Source: an uncultured Myxococcales bacterium (lineage in GTDB: Bacteria > Myxococcota_A > Bradymonadia > UBA7976 > VGTA01). From it: a stretch of DNA of 64,000 bases. The stretch lies in contig CAKZRU010000156.1 in NCBI GenBank assembly GCA_937146725.1, positions 19,295-83,294 on the forward strand, read 5' to 3'. Numbering within the stretch: position 1 is the first letter of the stretch; each line of letters begins with the position of its first letter. Positions 22,001 to 28,869 of the stretch are shown here, one piece after another. The position numbers and the translations under genes were made by a program. The notes below the pieces were generated by a model. It was not told the DNA's origin and made no database searches. It saw only the letters and a program-made list of their open reading frames with translations.

Positions 22001-22055
22001 ATCAGAAGAATATTTTGCCTTGCGTAAAGGTCTAGGCATTAGCATTCGTACTTAA
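10080..22055 (+). CDS. Giant (~3,990 aa) tetratricopeptide-repeat protein with acidic disordered inserts and a ~520-aa non-TPR C-terminal domain
   Basis: A single uninterrupted 11.97-kb ORF. First ATG at 10080 (the track start at 10065 is TTG). The translation is almost entirely 34-aa TPR-like units (recurring W/L-x2-A/L-x3-Y...A-x3-F...P-x2 patterns, e.g. ALEALGQIYERKRDWSNWAEV, AIDAFNTLLEVNDQRLDAVEAL). Acidic low-complexity inserts at aa ~1090-1130, ~1900-1950 and ~2410-2590. The C-terminal ~520 aa lack TPR periodicity. Confidence 0.85.
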   Translation: MSQDVALQIESLEAQANEVNGVQKQALLGQIVNTAIAGELSIEEISQYYISAASHDPNDPYVYWHVGRQLEGSELHESISLALAQEAGDDSESAWLAHKAMFDSQHINEDKRLDSTLRDLVRKNSDLYLWQVYRYVELNKWRNAQQMFTEQEDGDRVEGARQTAYFAKDMGADSKQLADLWKAVYQSNRDDIEAQEALVPLYKDLGKWKEYAEVYKRLLDGMDEYDHEQRREAIEALIEVYTQHLKSDQTLTELYAALFDIDPSDDEIAELLQEKYGKLRKWQNVIEVLQVRGDHLDAAEQAGEGDISYRRVQLLLKQADVYQNQLRKLDEAQELYERIISEDPSEKSALEALGQIYERKRDWSNWAEVRLKFAEALDSDHESAACLRTDAVTIEKKARQPELALQFWERALEFEDEATALIAIASIYELNQNWTQLDDLVSRIETNPEIDDSTRITWLQKAGSFSQDQLEDTDRALERWHSIIELDAGHKKALDQIKKLFVDAARWDDLSLFLGDRGEWNDLVKVFESQANSVTDTHEKVDLYFKAADIWLQELDQADKAQRNLEKVLQADESNVQAAERLAEAYREAQQDAKLAGVLEVILNQSNVFLGIDADLTAISETSDLTFELVNLYETALRKPQQAFEWVSKLLTIVPGNSQAWDSLLRLAGAVRPPLFAEAITLLMTARQQAAGALDIEQELELCLRLTQIAQDELKDLDQALELCHEAQAIDPDSIQTLQKLEELYELQGQWERVVENLIGLINVSSSDAQEALYYKLGSVYRDHLGLQDQAIDAFNTLLEVNDQRLDAVEALHLLYRQQGDANSLFSIILKEIELLKAQTDDGQSSETLGLELELASLEMDELDKIDSALERLRTILVDHSRQPVALQILERIQEDPTFGKEAAQTLADIYLDGENWASYVKSLSVIARDSVDSSARVELFEKMSAVYLEHLKDDLGAQQALSALLKEQADHPTAIEQLKVVVGRTQDWSSFAQILEEIIPELGELDQEVNHLLELASIYEQQLQDTERTLATYQRVYAASSDSEPALLALERLYEQGSDWRSLLEILRARLELSLLTPVASANEMLDASDEHSESEASSELDSDELDSYDQQAQSSSSLSTLSESLLVRIANLYEHTLSEPHEAIASHQELLSYLPTRIESNQALIRLFKQVGQWSDLVISLESFVQLEGIDDKEKIGAYQSLASVLFNQLERYEESLPVLSTILKLVPNDEHSIAYLEQLVQTAEFKAPAAQLLSPYYEQTGQVEHQIYTLNILAEEQDDSAEGLSQKLAYLHQSAQLHLSLNAIQEAYHCYEQAFISSPESEASLEAMTQLVSASQAWETLIQSYESVLDQITDDTLRAQRCQEQAELYRHKTGQTEQAIYRYEQAKQGYEALFIADSDSAVDSTPADHDEPATSETQAQSVSKYFEHLVNIYNALGELYTTSEQYTQLVDLYTQRVNLVGTLEGSEKQIAYLTKAAELSTQVLEDQDQAIELYQQVLGLNALHIPAIDALCHLHSAQGSWEDVVGLLQSKEESYLEEELENKIALKLQIAQTQVSQLNDLEAASFSYNELLMLSPNHPEALAELAQVYALLSQWNEALKCLDLLIEQQDTESRAQTRFQAARLVYAELTSPKEAIERLAQLLDETVQHEESFLMLEEMIDQQAEAVLASDVLTKSLERIGDFGRLVESLRRLLNVTEKGSEQAALWMRIGTIYQDVFMDETSAFEAFAYALRAAPLTENAYPSMLKIIAQAEAWPRLAEELELALNEVATADLDDLGGTLAPMSLHQWAAGIYEQNLGHDQEAIRHWEAIRALVTSQDAVYQEALITLERLYERTAQWEELALVLNDRIDIIDEAISSEEAMDEDQYAEEQVLDETLMGEELQAQDSDHDLEASDSAESSDSAESSDSAESSDSAESSDSAESSDSAESSSDAASVGLLSTEQEALKLMLLQKLAKIYAEYLQRTADALDTYKIVFALSPNNSEAITGLNTLFVNGIAQEDIAEILEPIYTQQEDWSSLYQQKQGLLHLRQTSEEKREACQELAFMALERLQDVQSALGWYGEGFKAEPDHEACREALHTLALENGFASALIMLYGEARAQLSDAYTICNLSVHIAQVQMEHVQDWEAAEQEFTYARSLDDNRLDVYEGLDRVYSTLERWPELEEILSNEIRILELDGNEQASTVESLYWRIADLYEYRLEQPERAVEVFQHLNQIRPEELGPTLRLETLYQALSQHEELLDIYLLQDSLLEGNDQLEVQRKMGRLLTNELARPFEAIDLWRKILEAVENDQEALNSLESLYESVEEWRDLISVCEQQLELSSGHTEQEIKYLSKLGQIWGDRLERPQSAISTWQKVVTLAPTSIEARWAMRGLYRQDDDRSALLNVNLELLHLIDAELRSLAQSQAVQPSIQTPEQVVSEQANEAEVFDTPATSSEYQAELNEQLADVEQDLAQEMLADEVLATPESATLAVSEELGEGEQALDADAASVSGETFDPDLNALEIHEKASVEETLAFGEDESTSVIAHSATAQEQNLETELLSQEFTHEAHLEVASVDAQVIVDQVSIVDQARADILNEQRAEVLRELADLYLESEQEDAAIEMLNLRLQVVPNCFDTILDLERLFELQARWHEYCGILKHRSLYTEDINERNAILFGLAESQESFLQDLEGAVTSYQEILSTDPNHYESFEHLERLLSSLERWPDLITVLNQRIGVSEDAEERLSIALRISEIYESQGNPQDALVVLGQAFTSQPNDQLLGEQIENLALQTNMWTQAIQLYEACIAQVGAADEESISLRMRVARWYDEAMNQPQYAVTHYQTIQQIDPDHLECLSALEALYEKHSQWQFAAQLIEQKLQKLVELEESTAAWKRLAEIRHEHLEDFDGALSAYQEVLNYEPDDLDALAALKDLYAMKQDFYRLIEILEREADLHENLEIKVENLLRVAEIKEVRLNDVDGAILAYHDAFERDPNCVDALLSLEQLYRQQKNTYELQRVYESLIIARTNSNDQLNTYNKLARLQLEELNDREGAIDSYRKMFIIDAQYTEAVTALDRLYREDQRWDELKEIYEQYLERAPNADHTMVRLVLSELSEMVHHDETTAREQAIAYLLPIIEVNPQHLDALSRLSLLNGQLGRWADCVQYMSAELEFINEIHAKIEKMYHLGMVHLEHLEAPHEAIEWMKRALELNPNYSPAMIQLKEIYETQGDFQAVIRVLTMMEAQASNDIEKSKCYFEMGRIYTQLLGDSNTGLEYYSRAIDLDPSNVDVAPFLVEVYLRDERWEKAKPLLELLIANEQETDIHKRREHHFNLARCAQNLRLDELALTHYQEAYRLDSTHFQTLEGLSEVYLRRDDWEGAANMLQAILIHHGERLEPEARVEVMFKQGKAKFMLADDRRTLDLLIRVMEIQPNHEEAMELLIQTYERREKWEEAIYYRQRRLELTEDQDTRFDALIEIGKIYHEKMNQARPAIEAYENALQLNEHSRLVLGSLLPLYESIEDWNSTVQLLTHFANNEADGPTKAKYFYAIGALQKDQIKDNLQAVRSFDKALDANPTELKAFTAIEELLVNERNFERQDRYFRKMLKRATEHSMGDDMIFELAKALGEINRTRLSNYAEAIKAYNIALSKRPNDINTRNMIAELYEHEQKWDLAVAQHREILRIDVRQINSLHKLFRLFVGQTKYDEAWCVAQALVCLRHARDDEQDFYSKHHSRRLGDIRKHLENDHWAYLVHPKKSPLMDRLFENLYIYNAPAMMMNHKGYGVHKRRDLMSANEQTAFNSVLEFVSKVTRFERLSCYAGPAGVNGLRSMNTNPPAILVGQDMQHSMGMKALVFSISKLLFMMTPHALMATLDEDYDSRRNRLKIIIFTLMRMAGIEVQDYDSGLVDVYRKIDDNDLNKINNLLNEMQTDQRTHLDVSRWLEGLDHTANRLGFVLCNDLVEATQAIRNESVIMSRASIADRIQELIIFSVSEEYFALRKGLGISIRT
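15771..15880. repeat. 6-7 tandem copies of an 18-bp unit (agctctgactcggc[at]gaa) encoding (SDSAES)n inside the giant TPR gene
   Basis: Direct reading of 15771-15880. In-frame. Confidence 0.95.
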
Positions 22056-22110
22056 TGTAATGGATTATTTTCAATTAGGTCGCTAAGGGTGTGTGGGAAG
22101 GAAGTCATTG

Positions 22111-22923
22111 ATGAGTGACAATATAGGTAATAGTGAGCTTTCAAAACGTAAGCGTGCCGAACTTGAGTCTCGGCTCGCACAGGGTCTAGTGCAAGTTCGT
22201 TTAAACTCAACTATTGAGGGAATTTCTCTACCAGATTTTTTAATGGATCGAGTGCAGGTAACTCTTAACCTAAGTTATGCTTTTAGAGCTAAAATATTTG
22301 AGATTGACGAGCAGGGTGTACGGGTTACTCTCTCTTTTAGTGGGCAACCTTTTCTTTGTGTATTACCATGGGATTCCTTCTATTTTATGCAATCTCTCGA
22401 CCAAAAGCGTGAGCCATCTGGTCGCCCTGAGCTATTCATAGAAAGTATTCCTGAGCCTGTCCTTGCCCATTATGGCTTATCAATGCACATTGCTGAAGAT
22501 GAAGAGGAAGAAGAATTGCCTCTCACTCGTCCAATGTTTATGGATGGTTTTGATGACCCGGAAGAAGTGCATCATGTGCTCAGTGAACTCAAAGATTGGG
22601 CACAAAGCTTAGAAAAGATTGATACTAAAAGCCGTGACCATAAATGGCCTTTCCCCTTAGAAGTCATTTATGATGTGGTTGAAGGTTTAGAAACCCAGCG
22701 TTTCTTTAAAGATGATGAAGATAGCGAAGATGATGAATCTTTTGATACAGTAGATCGACATTTAGCCAAGATCAAAGAAAACAAAGAAGGTGAACATACA
22801 CCAGAAAAAGGCATTATTTCTTTGATTCGTTTTCAACAAGAAAAACAGGAAGCAAGTGCTGAGCAAGATGAGCATCAAGCTTCTGAATCAACTCATTCTA
22901 ACACTGATCTCGATGAAGATTAA
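22111..22923 (+). CDS. Hypothetical protein with acidic C-terminal tail; possible SspB-like ClpXP adaptor
   Basis: ATG at 22111 preceded by AGGAAG (the track start at 22093 is GTG). The segment VTLNLSYAFRAKIFEIDEQGVRVTLSFSGQPFLCVLPWDSF aligns by eye to E. coli SspB IVLNIAPRAVGNLELANDEVRFNARFGGIPRQVSVPLAAV. A long D/E-rich tail follows, as in SspB. No ClpX-binding C-terminal motif recognised. Confidence 0.45.
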   Translation: MSDNIGNSELSKRKRAELESRLAQGLVQVRLNSTIEGISLPDFLMDRVQVTLNLSYAFRAKIFEIDEQGVRVTLSFSGQPFLCVLPWDSFYFMQSLDQKREPSGRPELFIESIPEPVLAHYGLSMHIAEDEEEEELPLTRPMFMDGFDDPEEVHHVLSELKDWAQSLEKIDTKSRDHKWPFPLEVIYDVVEGLETQRFFKDDEDSEDDESFDTVDRHLAKIKENKEGEHTPEKGIISLIRFQQEKQEASAEQDEHQASESTHSNTDLDED

Positions 22924-23118
22924 CCAAACTCAAGGCCCCTTCTGAACAACAAATAGAGTATAAGTGACGAAAGCTTTATGCAGAGAAATCCCTTCTCAAT
23001 GTATTGATTAGTTGTCGAGTTTGTCGAGTCGTGCTATCCATTCTTTTGATTTATAAATATTACTTGTAGAGCAAGATGGTTTTTAACCAACTTAAACACT
23101 CTAATTGAGGAGTTACCG

Positions 23119-23733
23119 ATGAGCATGCGTCTTTACTCAAAGCAAATCCATTCACTAACCAGTGATATTGTTCGTACTTTAACCGAAGAACAAGATATTA
23201 TTGAAATTGCGGAGCGTGAGCCCCCTACAGAAGAAGAGCTAAAAAAGAGAGCGAGCCAAGGGGCCTATGGTTTTGATCGCTATGGTGAAGATAATAAAGA
23301 TTTTATGATTTCTGAGTTTCACCAAACGATTAGTGATGTATTACGCACCTATGTAAGAATCGATCAAGAACTCACTCAGTTGGCTCGTCATGATGTTGAA
23401 CGTCGTAAAGATGATCCTAGTATGATTTATTCTGAAAAACGTCGTTTGGCTAAACAACGTAACTTTGGCCTCAATGATGATGCTCCCAGTTGGATTGTGA
23501 CCCAGTTAATCGAGCAATTTTATCACACTCAAAGTGTAGGTGAGGTATATGCTCAAGATAAAGAAATCTATGAGGCGCTTATTCCTTTGATTCGTGAGCG
23601 AATGAGTACCCAGCAAAACCTACAACAAGAAGTAGAACAGCGTATCAAGCGCTTGGAAAAAAGTAGTGAGACTTGGGAAGATCTATTCTTCCAAGTCAAC
23701 CAAAGACTTAAAGAAAAATACCAACTTGACTGA
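23119..23733 (+). CDS. Hypothetical protein, DUF507-like
   Basis: ATG at 23119 with GAGGAG RBS. N-terminus MRLYSKQIHSLTSDIVRTL resembles the DUF507 family start (MRLSREKINHLS...) as I recall it. No catalytic motifs. Confidence 0.5.
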   Translation: MSMRLYSKQIHSLTSDIVRTLTEEQDIIEIAEREPPTEEELKKRASQGAYGFDRYGEDNKDFMISEFHQTISDVLRTYVRIDQELTQLARHDVERRKDDPSMIYSEKRRLAKQRNFGLNDDAPSWIVTQLIEQFYHTQSVGEVYAQDKEIYEALIPLIRERMSTQQNLQQEVEQRIKRLEKSSETWEDLFFQVNQRLKEKYQLD

Positions 23734-23795
23734 AGTTTAGTAAGCGTAATTCCCACACTATACATCAAGCAAAGTGATATGAATAAGATGCTGCT

Positions 23796-25088
23796 ATGAG
23801 TAAGATCCTGTTTATTGTTCCTCCTTTAACCGGACATATCAATCCTACAGTTTCACTTGGACAGTATCTAATACAGCAGGGGCATGAAGTTGCTTGGGTA
23901 GGGTATACAGAAAGCCTTAGTAGGTCTTTACCCGCTCAACATCGTGTCTGCTCACTAGACCAAACCGAAGTGAATAAATCTGATAAGCCGGCAAGTGGCA
24001 TCGGTCAGCATGGTAATCAAGAACGCCGAGGCTTTACTGCCTTATTTCATCTGTGGGAGAGTATATTTATTCCTCTTGCACGCCAAAGTTTTCCACATAT
24101 TCTAGCCCACTTAAGTAGTGAAAAGCCTGATCTTTGTATTGTCGATCAACAAATGCTAGGTGGGGCGATGGCCTGTCAAAAGCTAGGAATCCCTTATCTG
24201 ACAAGTGCTACAACTTCAGCAGCTTTGATTCAAGTTCTCAAAGGTTTACCTCAAGTCAACACTTGGCATGACAACTTGTTAAAAGGCCTTTGGCGAGAAC
24301 ATGACCTTAATCCTTATTTAGGACTTGAACAGCTCGAACAGCTACATTTGGAACAGCCACGATTGGATTTATCACCCTTGGGCACCTTGGCTTTTTCTAG
24401 TAAAGAATTGACCTTGAGTATTGCACCAGAGCAGCATCTACCTAGCAATATTCACTTTGTAGGTCCGGCTTTAGAGGGCGAACGAACTCATATTGATTTT
24501 CCATGGTCTCGACTTAATAGAGAGCAAGCTAAGCTTTTTGTTTCTATGGGTACAGTCAACGCACAAAGAGCCGCTCCTCTGTATGCTAAAATCATTGAAG
24601 CTTTAGCTGATCTTGATCTGCAAGTCATCGCCGCCGCACCGGTGGAATATTTTAAAACAGCTCCAAAGCATTGGATTATTCAAGAGCGAGTGCCCCAATT
24701 GCAACTCTTAGCTCACGTAGATGCTGTTTTTTGTCACGGTGGACATAATACAACAATGGAAGCTCTGGCTTATGGGCGTCCTTTACTCATTGCACCGATT
24801 AGAGATGATCAACCTGTCATTGCCGAACAGGTAAAAGCTTTTGGCGCAGGCCTTAGAACTCACTTTACCCGAAGCAAGCCAAGGATCATTCAACAGAAAA
24901 TTAAAAAAATCTTAGATTGCTCACAAATTAAATCTTCAGCGATAAGGGCAAGCAAGAGCTTGGTTCATTCTGATTTAATTTATCAGCAAACAGAATACAG
25001 CGAAACATCTGTTCAGTTACCTACAGAGCTAGGTGCACATCGAGCAAGTCAAATTATTCAAGGCTATTTGGACCAAATGTCTACTTAA
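23796..25088 (+). CDS. GT1-family UDP-glycosyltransferase (MGT/CrtX-like, GT-B fold)
   Basis: N-terminal LFIVPPLTGHINPTVSLGQ. C-terminal donor-binding signature HGGHNTTMEALAYGRPLLIAPIRDDQPVIAEQV. Confidence 0.8.
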   Translation: MSKILFIVPPLTGHINPTVSLGQYLIQQGHEVAWVGYTESLSRSLPAQHRVCSLDQTEVNKSDKPASGIGQHGNQERRGFTALFHLWESIFIPLARQSFPHILAHLSSEKPDLCIVDQQMLGGAMACQKLGIPYLTSATTSAALIQVLKGLPQVNTWHDNLLKGLWREHDLNPYLGLEQLEQLHLEQPRLDLSPLGTLAFSSKELTLSIAPEQHLPSNIHFVGPALEGERTHIDFPWSRLNREQAKLFVSMGTVNAQRAAPLYAKIIEALADLDLQVIAAAPVEYFKTAPKHWIIQERVPQLQLLAHVDAVFCHGGHNTTMEALAYGRPLLIAPIRDDQPVIAEQVKAFGAGLRTHFTRSKPRIIQQKIKKILDCSQIKSSAIRASKSLVHSDLIYQQTEYSETSVQLPTELGAHRASQIIQGYLDQMST

Positions 25089-25174
25089 TCGATTTATGTG
25101 TTATTAACAACTTGCTCACTTGATCACTTGATCACTCATGTTATTGACTCATCTTACTGTCTAATGGCTAAGAC

Positions 25175-26746
25175 TCAATAACTAGGTGTCCAACTTATTC
25201 TTAATCCGGTTTGAGTAATCGCCGGAAGTTTTTCATTTGAACACTGATCACTAAAGAAGTCACACATTTCAGTGTCACCCAAAGTATCAAAGCGGTCATT
25301 GTATACGCTGAGTTTTAGTCCTGAGCTAATTTGGACTCCAGCGGATAGACCGATATTGATTGCATTCCAAGAACCAAACTCTAAATCAGCCATAAGTGAT
25401 TCACTTGAGGAAAAGTCAGTGACGGATTGATTGCCAAAGGCAAAGCCCCAACCGACTTGAACTTGAAAATTAAGGCGGCTTATATGATAACTAAACAAGT
25501 ATGCTAAGGTGAATGTGTTGAGTGTAAAACTCACATCAGGTGCATCAAAGCCCATACTTGAATTGGAAAAAGAGCTATGAGCATATTTGATATCAAAGCC
25601 ACCACGCCACTTATTTGTGGGAATCCTACTTGCCCCATAATAGGACCAGCCAAGCTGTAATGAAGCATCATGATCAAGCTGGCAATCTACATTATTCTCT
25701 AAGCAAGTTGACTTGGCAAAACCCAAATAAAAGTCAGTATTATTGAATCGAAACTTGCCATCTGAGGGATTTTGAGTCGCTTCAAATTCGGTATCGACAA
25801 TCACATTTTTAGGAGGGGTCTTATCTTTTTGGGCTTTAGCTTTAACCGGTGATTGATAGCGCCCCGAAAGCCTAGCTTCTCGTTCTTGCTCAGCTTGCTG
25901 CGCCCGCTCTCTTAAAAGTGCTTGTCGACTTTTACGCTGAGTTCTTCGCCTTAAAACTTGAGTTTTTTCTTGATCAACCACCAAATTATCATCGGGTGCT
26001 TCGGATCTAGCTTCGGATCTTTGCTGATTCCCCAAAATATTTAAGCGGCCTTGAGCACCAACAATGATGACTTCTTCACTCAAATCACTGTGATCGATCG
26101 ATGTGGAATTGGATGTTTGGCTTGGGTTTTGGTTGGTAACCGACCTTGATTCTTTTACTTGGTTTTGAGTTTCAACCTGCTTCAGAGCTTCAATTTGCTG
26201 AATCAAACCTAAAACCGCCTTTTCGGTTGGCTCTTCCAAGGCTTCAATTTCTTTTCCCTTAGCGACCTCACTAGAGACAAGCCGTCCGGTTTTGGTATCA
26301 TGCATTCGCAAAGTCAAACGTAAAGATGAGCCAAAACGAAGGATTTCACCGGTAATAATATAGCGTGCGCCTAAAGTTCGCCCTGTTTCTACCTGACATT
26401 CACTTACACAGTCTTCTAACTTGGTATTAGGCGGTAATAAAACCTCAATATTCTCTTGGGTCATAATCAAGTAGCTGTGAGCCAATCGCTTTGAGGCGAT
26501 TCGTCTGACAACACTTGTTAAATACTCTACTTCTTCCCGACTCATATTGATGCGATTTCGCAGCATCAGTACCGCTAAGCGCTCATTAGGTAGTTTTTTG
26601 TTTTGGGCTAAAGCAACCGCTGGTCCTTTTTGTCCAACCACTTGGTCAAACAAGGGTATATTCATGGAGAAAAACACTCCAAAAAACATGGCTATTCGTA
26701 CCAGATTTAGCCCCTGCTTACCAAAGATCTGCAGATTATCAAACAC
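25175..26746 (-). CDS. Hypothetical secreted protein: N-terminal CsgG/LpoB-like fold motif, S/T/Q-rich linker, C-terminal predicted beta-barrel-like domain
   Basis: GTG start at 26746 with an upstream GAGGTGA. Alternative ATG 57 nt downstream gives the signal peptide MFFGVFFSMNIPLF...AVALA-Q. LGARYIITGEILRFGSSLRLTLRMHDTKTGRLV resembles the conserved core of CsgG/LpoB-type lipoprotein regulators. The C-terminal half is rich in alternating aromatic/polar strands and ends ...RISWTPSY. Confidence 0.55.
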   Translation of the reverse strand: MFDNLQIFGKQGLNLVRIAMFFGVFFSMNIPLFDQVVGQKGPAVALAQNKKLPNERLAVLMLRNRINMSREEVEYLTSVVRRIASKRLAHSYLIMTQENIEVLLPPNTKLEDCVSECQVETGRTLGARYIITGEILRFGSSLRLTLRMHDTKTGRLVSSEVAKGKEIEALEEPTEKAVLGLIQQIEALKQVETQNQVKESRSVTNQNPSQTSNSTSIDHSDLSEEVIIVGAQGRLNILGNQQRSEARSEAPDDNLVVDQEKTQVLRRRTQRKSRQALLRERAQQAEQEREARLSGRYQSPVKAKAQKDKTPPKNVIVDTEFEATQNPSDGKFRFNNTDFYLGFAKSTCLENNVDCQLDHDASLQLGWSYYGASRIPTNKWRGGFDIKYAHSSFSNSSMGFDAPDVSFTLNTFTLAYLFSYHISRLNFQVQVGWGFAFGNQSVTDFSSSESLMADLEFGSWNAINIGLSAGVQISSGLKLSVYNDRFDTLGDTEMCDFFSDQCSNEKLPAITQTGLRISWTPSY

Positions 26747-26835
26747 AGCTCACCTCATAAAATCTTGATCATATCCTGATCTAGTGATTTATCTCTTGCG
26801 ATTTGTCTCTTGGCTCATCACGACCAAGGATCGTT

Positions 26836-28869
26836 TTATTCAAAAATGATTGGATAGGCATTAGGCGCATGCTGACCTTGACAACGAATACGTTCATCAG
26901 CCCTAATCACACAGGCTTGTCCATAACCACTTTCAAGACTTTTAATTTGCGTATCATCGAGCTCAAAGCGCCAAATCTCACTGCTTAATGTGCTGTGCTT
27001 GACTGTTGTTTCACAATAAGTTCTTTGATTTGACTCTAAGTCATCACCACTTATTGAACGAGAGCATATGATTTTCTCACCTATGCTATAATGCGAAAAT
27101 TGCTCTTGGCTTAGTTCTTGGTTCTGCTCACCCCAGCACGCTATCGTTTGCTCTACACTTAAGCCACAGCTGGTATTTCCACCTAGGTCAATCTCTGAAT
27201 AAACCACTGACTGCTCAGGGTCATCAGTCATTTCTATTGCTGGTGGGTTTAATTGACCATATTGATTTGCTCCCCAACATAGCACTTCACCTTCAGCCGA
27301 CCTAGCGCAGGTATGAGAGCGACCGGAATCTAGTTGAGTCACGTCCCATGGGATATTAGGCACTGTAGCCTGTCCAAACTCATTAGATCCCCAGCAAGTC
27401 ACAGTACCATTTTCACTAAGGACACAGCTATGTAAAGCGCCAACTGACACAGTTGCAATGGCTTCGTTAAACTCGGGTGGATAAGCTTGGTCAAAATCAC
27501 CATCACGCTCAAAGCGACTGGGATCTAGGCCCAAGCCCCAACATTGAACTTGGCCATCTAATGAGACGGCACAGCTGTGTTCATCACCCACACTAACCGC
27601 TTTAAACTGCCCGGTGGGAGGCTCGGTTCGTCCTGCTCTTGGCCATCCCCAGCAGTTTAAACTTTGATCCACCTTTAGAGCACAGCTATGCGCTAAACCA
27701 ATAGAGACTTGCGTAAATAAAGGACTTGCTTCGGGAGTAAGCGCGCCCCAACAAACCAAGTTACCTTCGGTACGTAATCCACATGAAAAATGAGGACCTG
27801 CACTCACCCATTGAAAAGTACCACTAGGCGCAGAACTCTCTCCATGACGATTAATACCCCAACAGCGTACTGTGTCATCTAAAGTTAAAGCACAAGCATG
27901 GTCTTGGCCTACAGATACTTGCTTTACTTCTAATGCAGGTGCTAGCGTTTTTCCATCAGCCGAATCGCCCCAACAACGTAATAAATCATCTTGTGCAATG
28001 GCGCAGTGATGCTTTCCTGTACCTACACTTAATGCTTTATACCCATCACCCTCGGGTGGCTCAGCTTGACGATAATCATTTCTGCCCCAACAGTGAATTG
28101 AGCCATCATCTTTATCTAAGCCACAGCCAAATGCTTGGCTCAACTTAATGCTTTTAAGCCTTAATTCGGTGCTTGGTAAAGTATTTGGGTTTACATCCCC
28201 CCAACAATGAACTTGGCCCTCGGAGTCCAAAGCACAAGTTTCCCGCCAACCGGCACTCACTTGAGATAGGGTCACATTTTCAGGCGGATTTAGCTGCCCT
28301 TCAGTATTTCGTCCCCAACATTGAATGACCGTAGATTCCTCTATTTCCTCAATCTCAGAGTCTGAACTTGAGTCAGTTTCAGGCATTTCTACTACTGAAG
28401 AACTGGAGACTAACTCTGCACAACTATGATAACGACCAACACTAACTCGCTTTAAAAAACCTTGATTGCCAAGTGAGGTGATCGGGCTTGCTTGCCCCTG
28501 TTGGTTACGTCCCCAGCAACTTACTTGGTTGTGATTAGTCAATCCACAGCCATGCTCCCAAGCAAAATCAATTTGTGTCCATTGGGCTTCTGAGATCATG
28601 GAGGTGCCGGCCGGCATTTCACCAGCTTGCATTTCACCGGCCTGCATTTCACCGGCTTGGATTTCACCGGCCTGCATTTCACCAGCCTGCATTTCACCAG
28701 CCTGCATTTCACCAGCCTGTATTTCACCGGCCACAAACATATCCATTAAGGGCTTATTATCATCCGTTGAATCATCACAGGCATTTAAGCCACACGCTAT
28801 GGTCATCATACTCAAAAACTGAATATATTTAAACTTAGGCCTCACTCGTAATTGTAAACTGTGACTCAT
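26836..28869 (-). CDS. RCC1-repeat (beta-propeller) lipoprotein with (QAGEM)n N-terminal repeat linker
   Basis: ATG at 28869. Signal/lipobox ...MMTIACGLNAC-DDSTDD. Eight QAGEM/QAGEI repeats. At least 12 RCC1-type blades with the recurring CWG-x-N-x2-GQ and HSCA/HACAL motifs. Confidence 0.8.
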   Translation of the reverse strand: MSHSLQLRVRPKFKYIQFLSMMTIACGLNACDDSTDDNKPLMDMFVAGEIQAGEMQAGEMQAGEMQAGEIQAGEMQAGEMQAGEMPAGTSMISEAQWTQIDFAWEHGCGLTNHNQVSCWGRNQQGQASPITSLGNQGFLKRVSVGRYHSCAELVSSSSVVEMPETDSSSDSEIEEIEESTVIQCWGRNTEGQLNPPENVTLSQVSAGWRETCALDSEGQVHCWGDVNPNTLPSTELRLKSIKLSQAFGCGLDKDDGSIHCWGRNDYRQAEPPEGDGYKALSVGTGKHHCAIAQDDLLRCWGDSADGKTLAPALEVKQVSVGQDHACALTLDDTVRCWGINRHGESSAPSGTFQWVSAGPHFSCGLRTEGNLVCWGALTPEASPLFTQVSIGLAHSCALKVDQSLNCWGWPRAGRTEPPTGQFKAVSVGDEHSCAVSLDGQVQCWGLGLDPSRFERDGDFDQAYPPEFNEAIATVSVGALHSCVLSENGTVTCWGSNEFGQATVPNIPWDVTQLDSGRSHTCARSAEGEVLCWGANQYGQLNPPAIEMTDDPEQSVVYSEIDLGGNTSCGLSVEQTIACWGEQNQELSQEQFSHYSIGEKIICSRSISGDDLESNQRTYCETTVKHSTLSSEIWRFELDDTQIKSLESGYGQACVIRADERIRCQGQHAPNAYPIIFE
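28611..28730. repeat. About 8 tandem copies of a 15-bp unit (gcatttcacc[ag]gc[ct]tg) encoding (QAGEM)n
   Basis: Direct reading. In frame within 26836..28869. Confidence 0.95.

Noticed and set aside
28575-28832. Two + strand ORFs (PAFHQ / ISPAC repeats) over the QAGEM repeat, and 56984..57268 (WPVK repeats) over the AGEM repeat
   Set aside because: Alternative-frame translations of coding tandem repeats. The minus-strand lipoprotein genes have signal peptides and domains.
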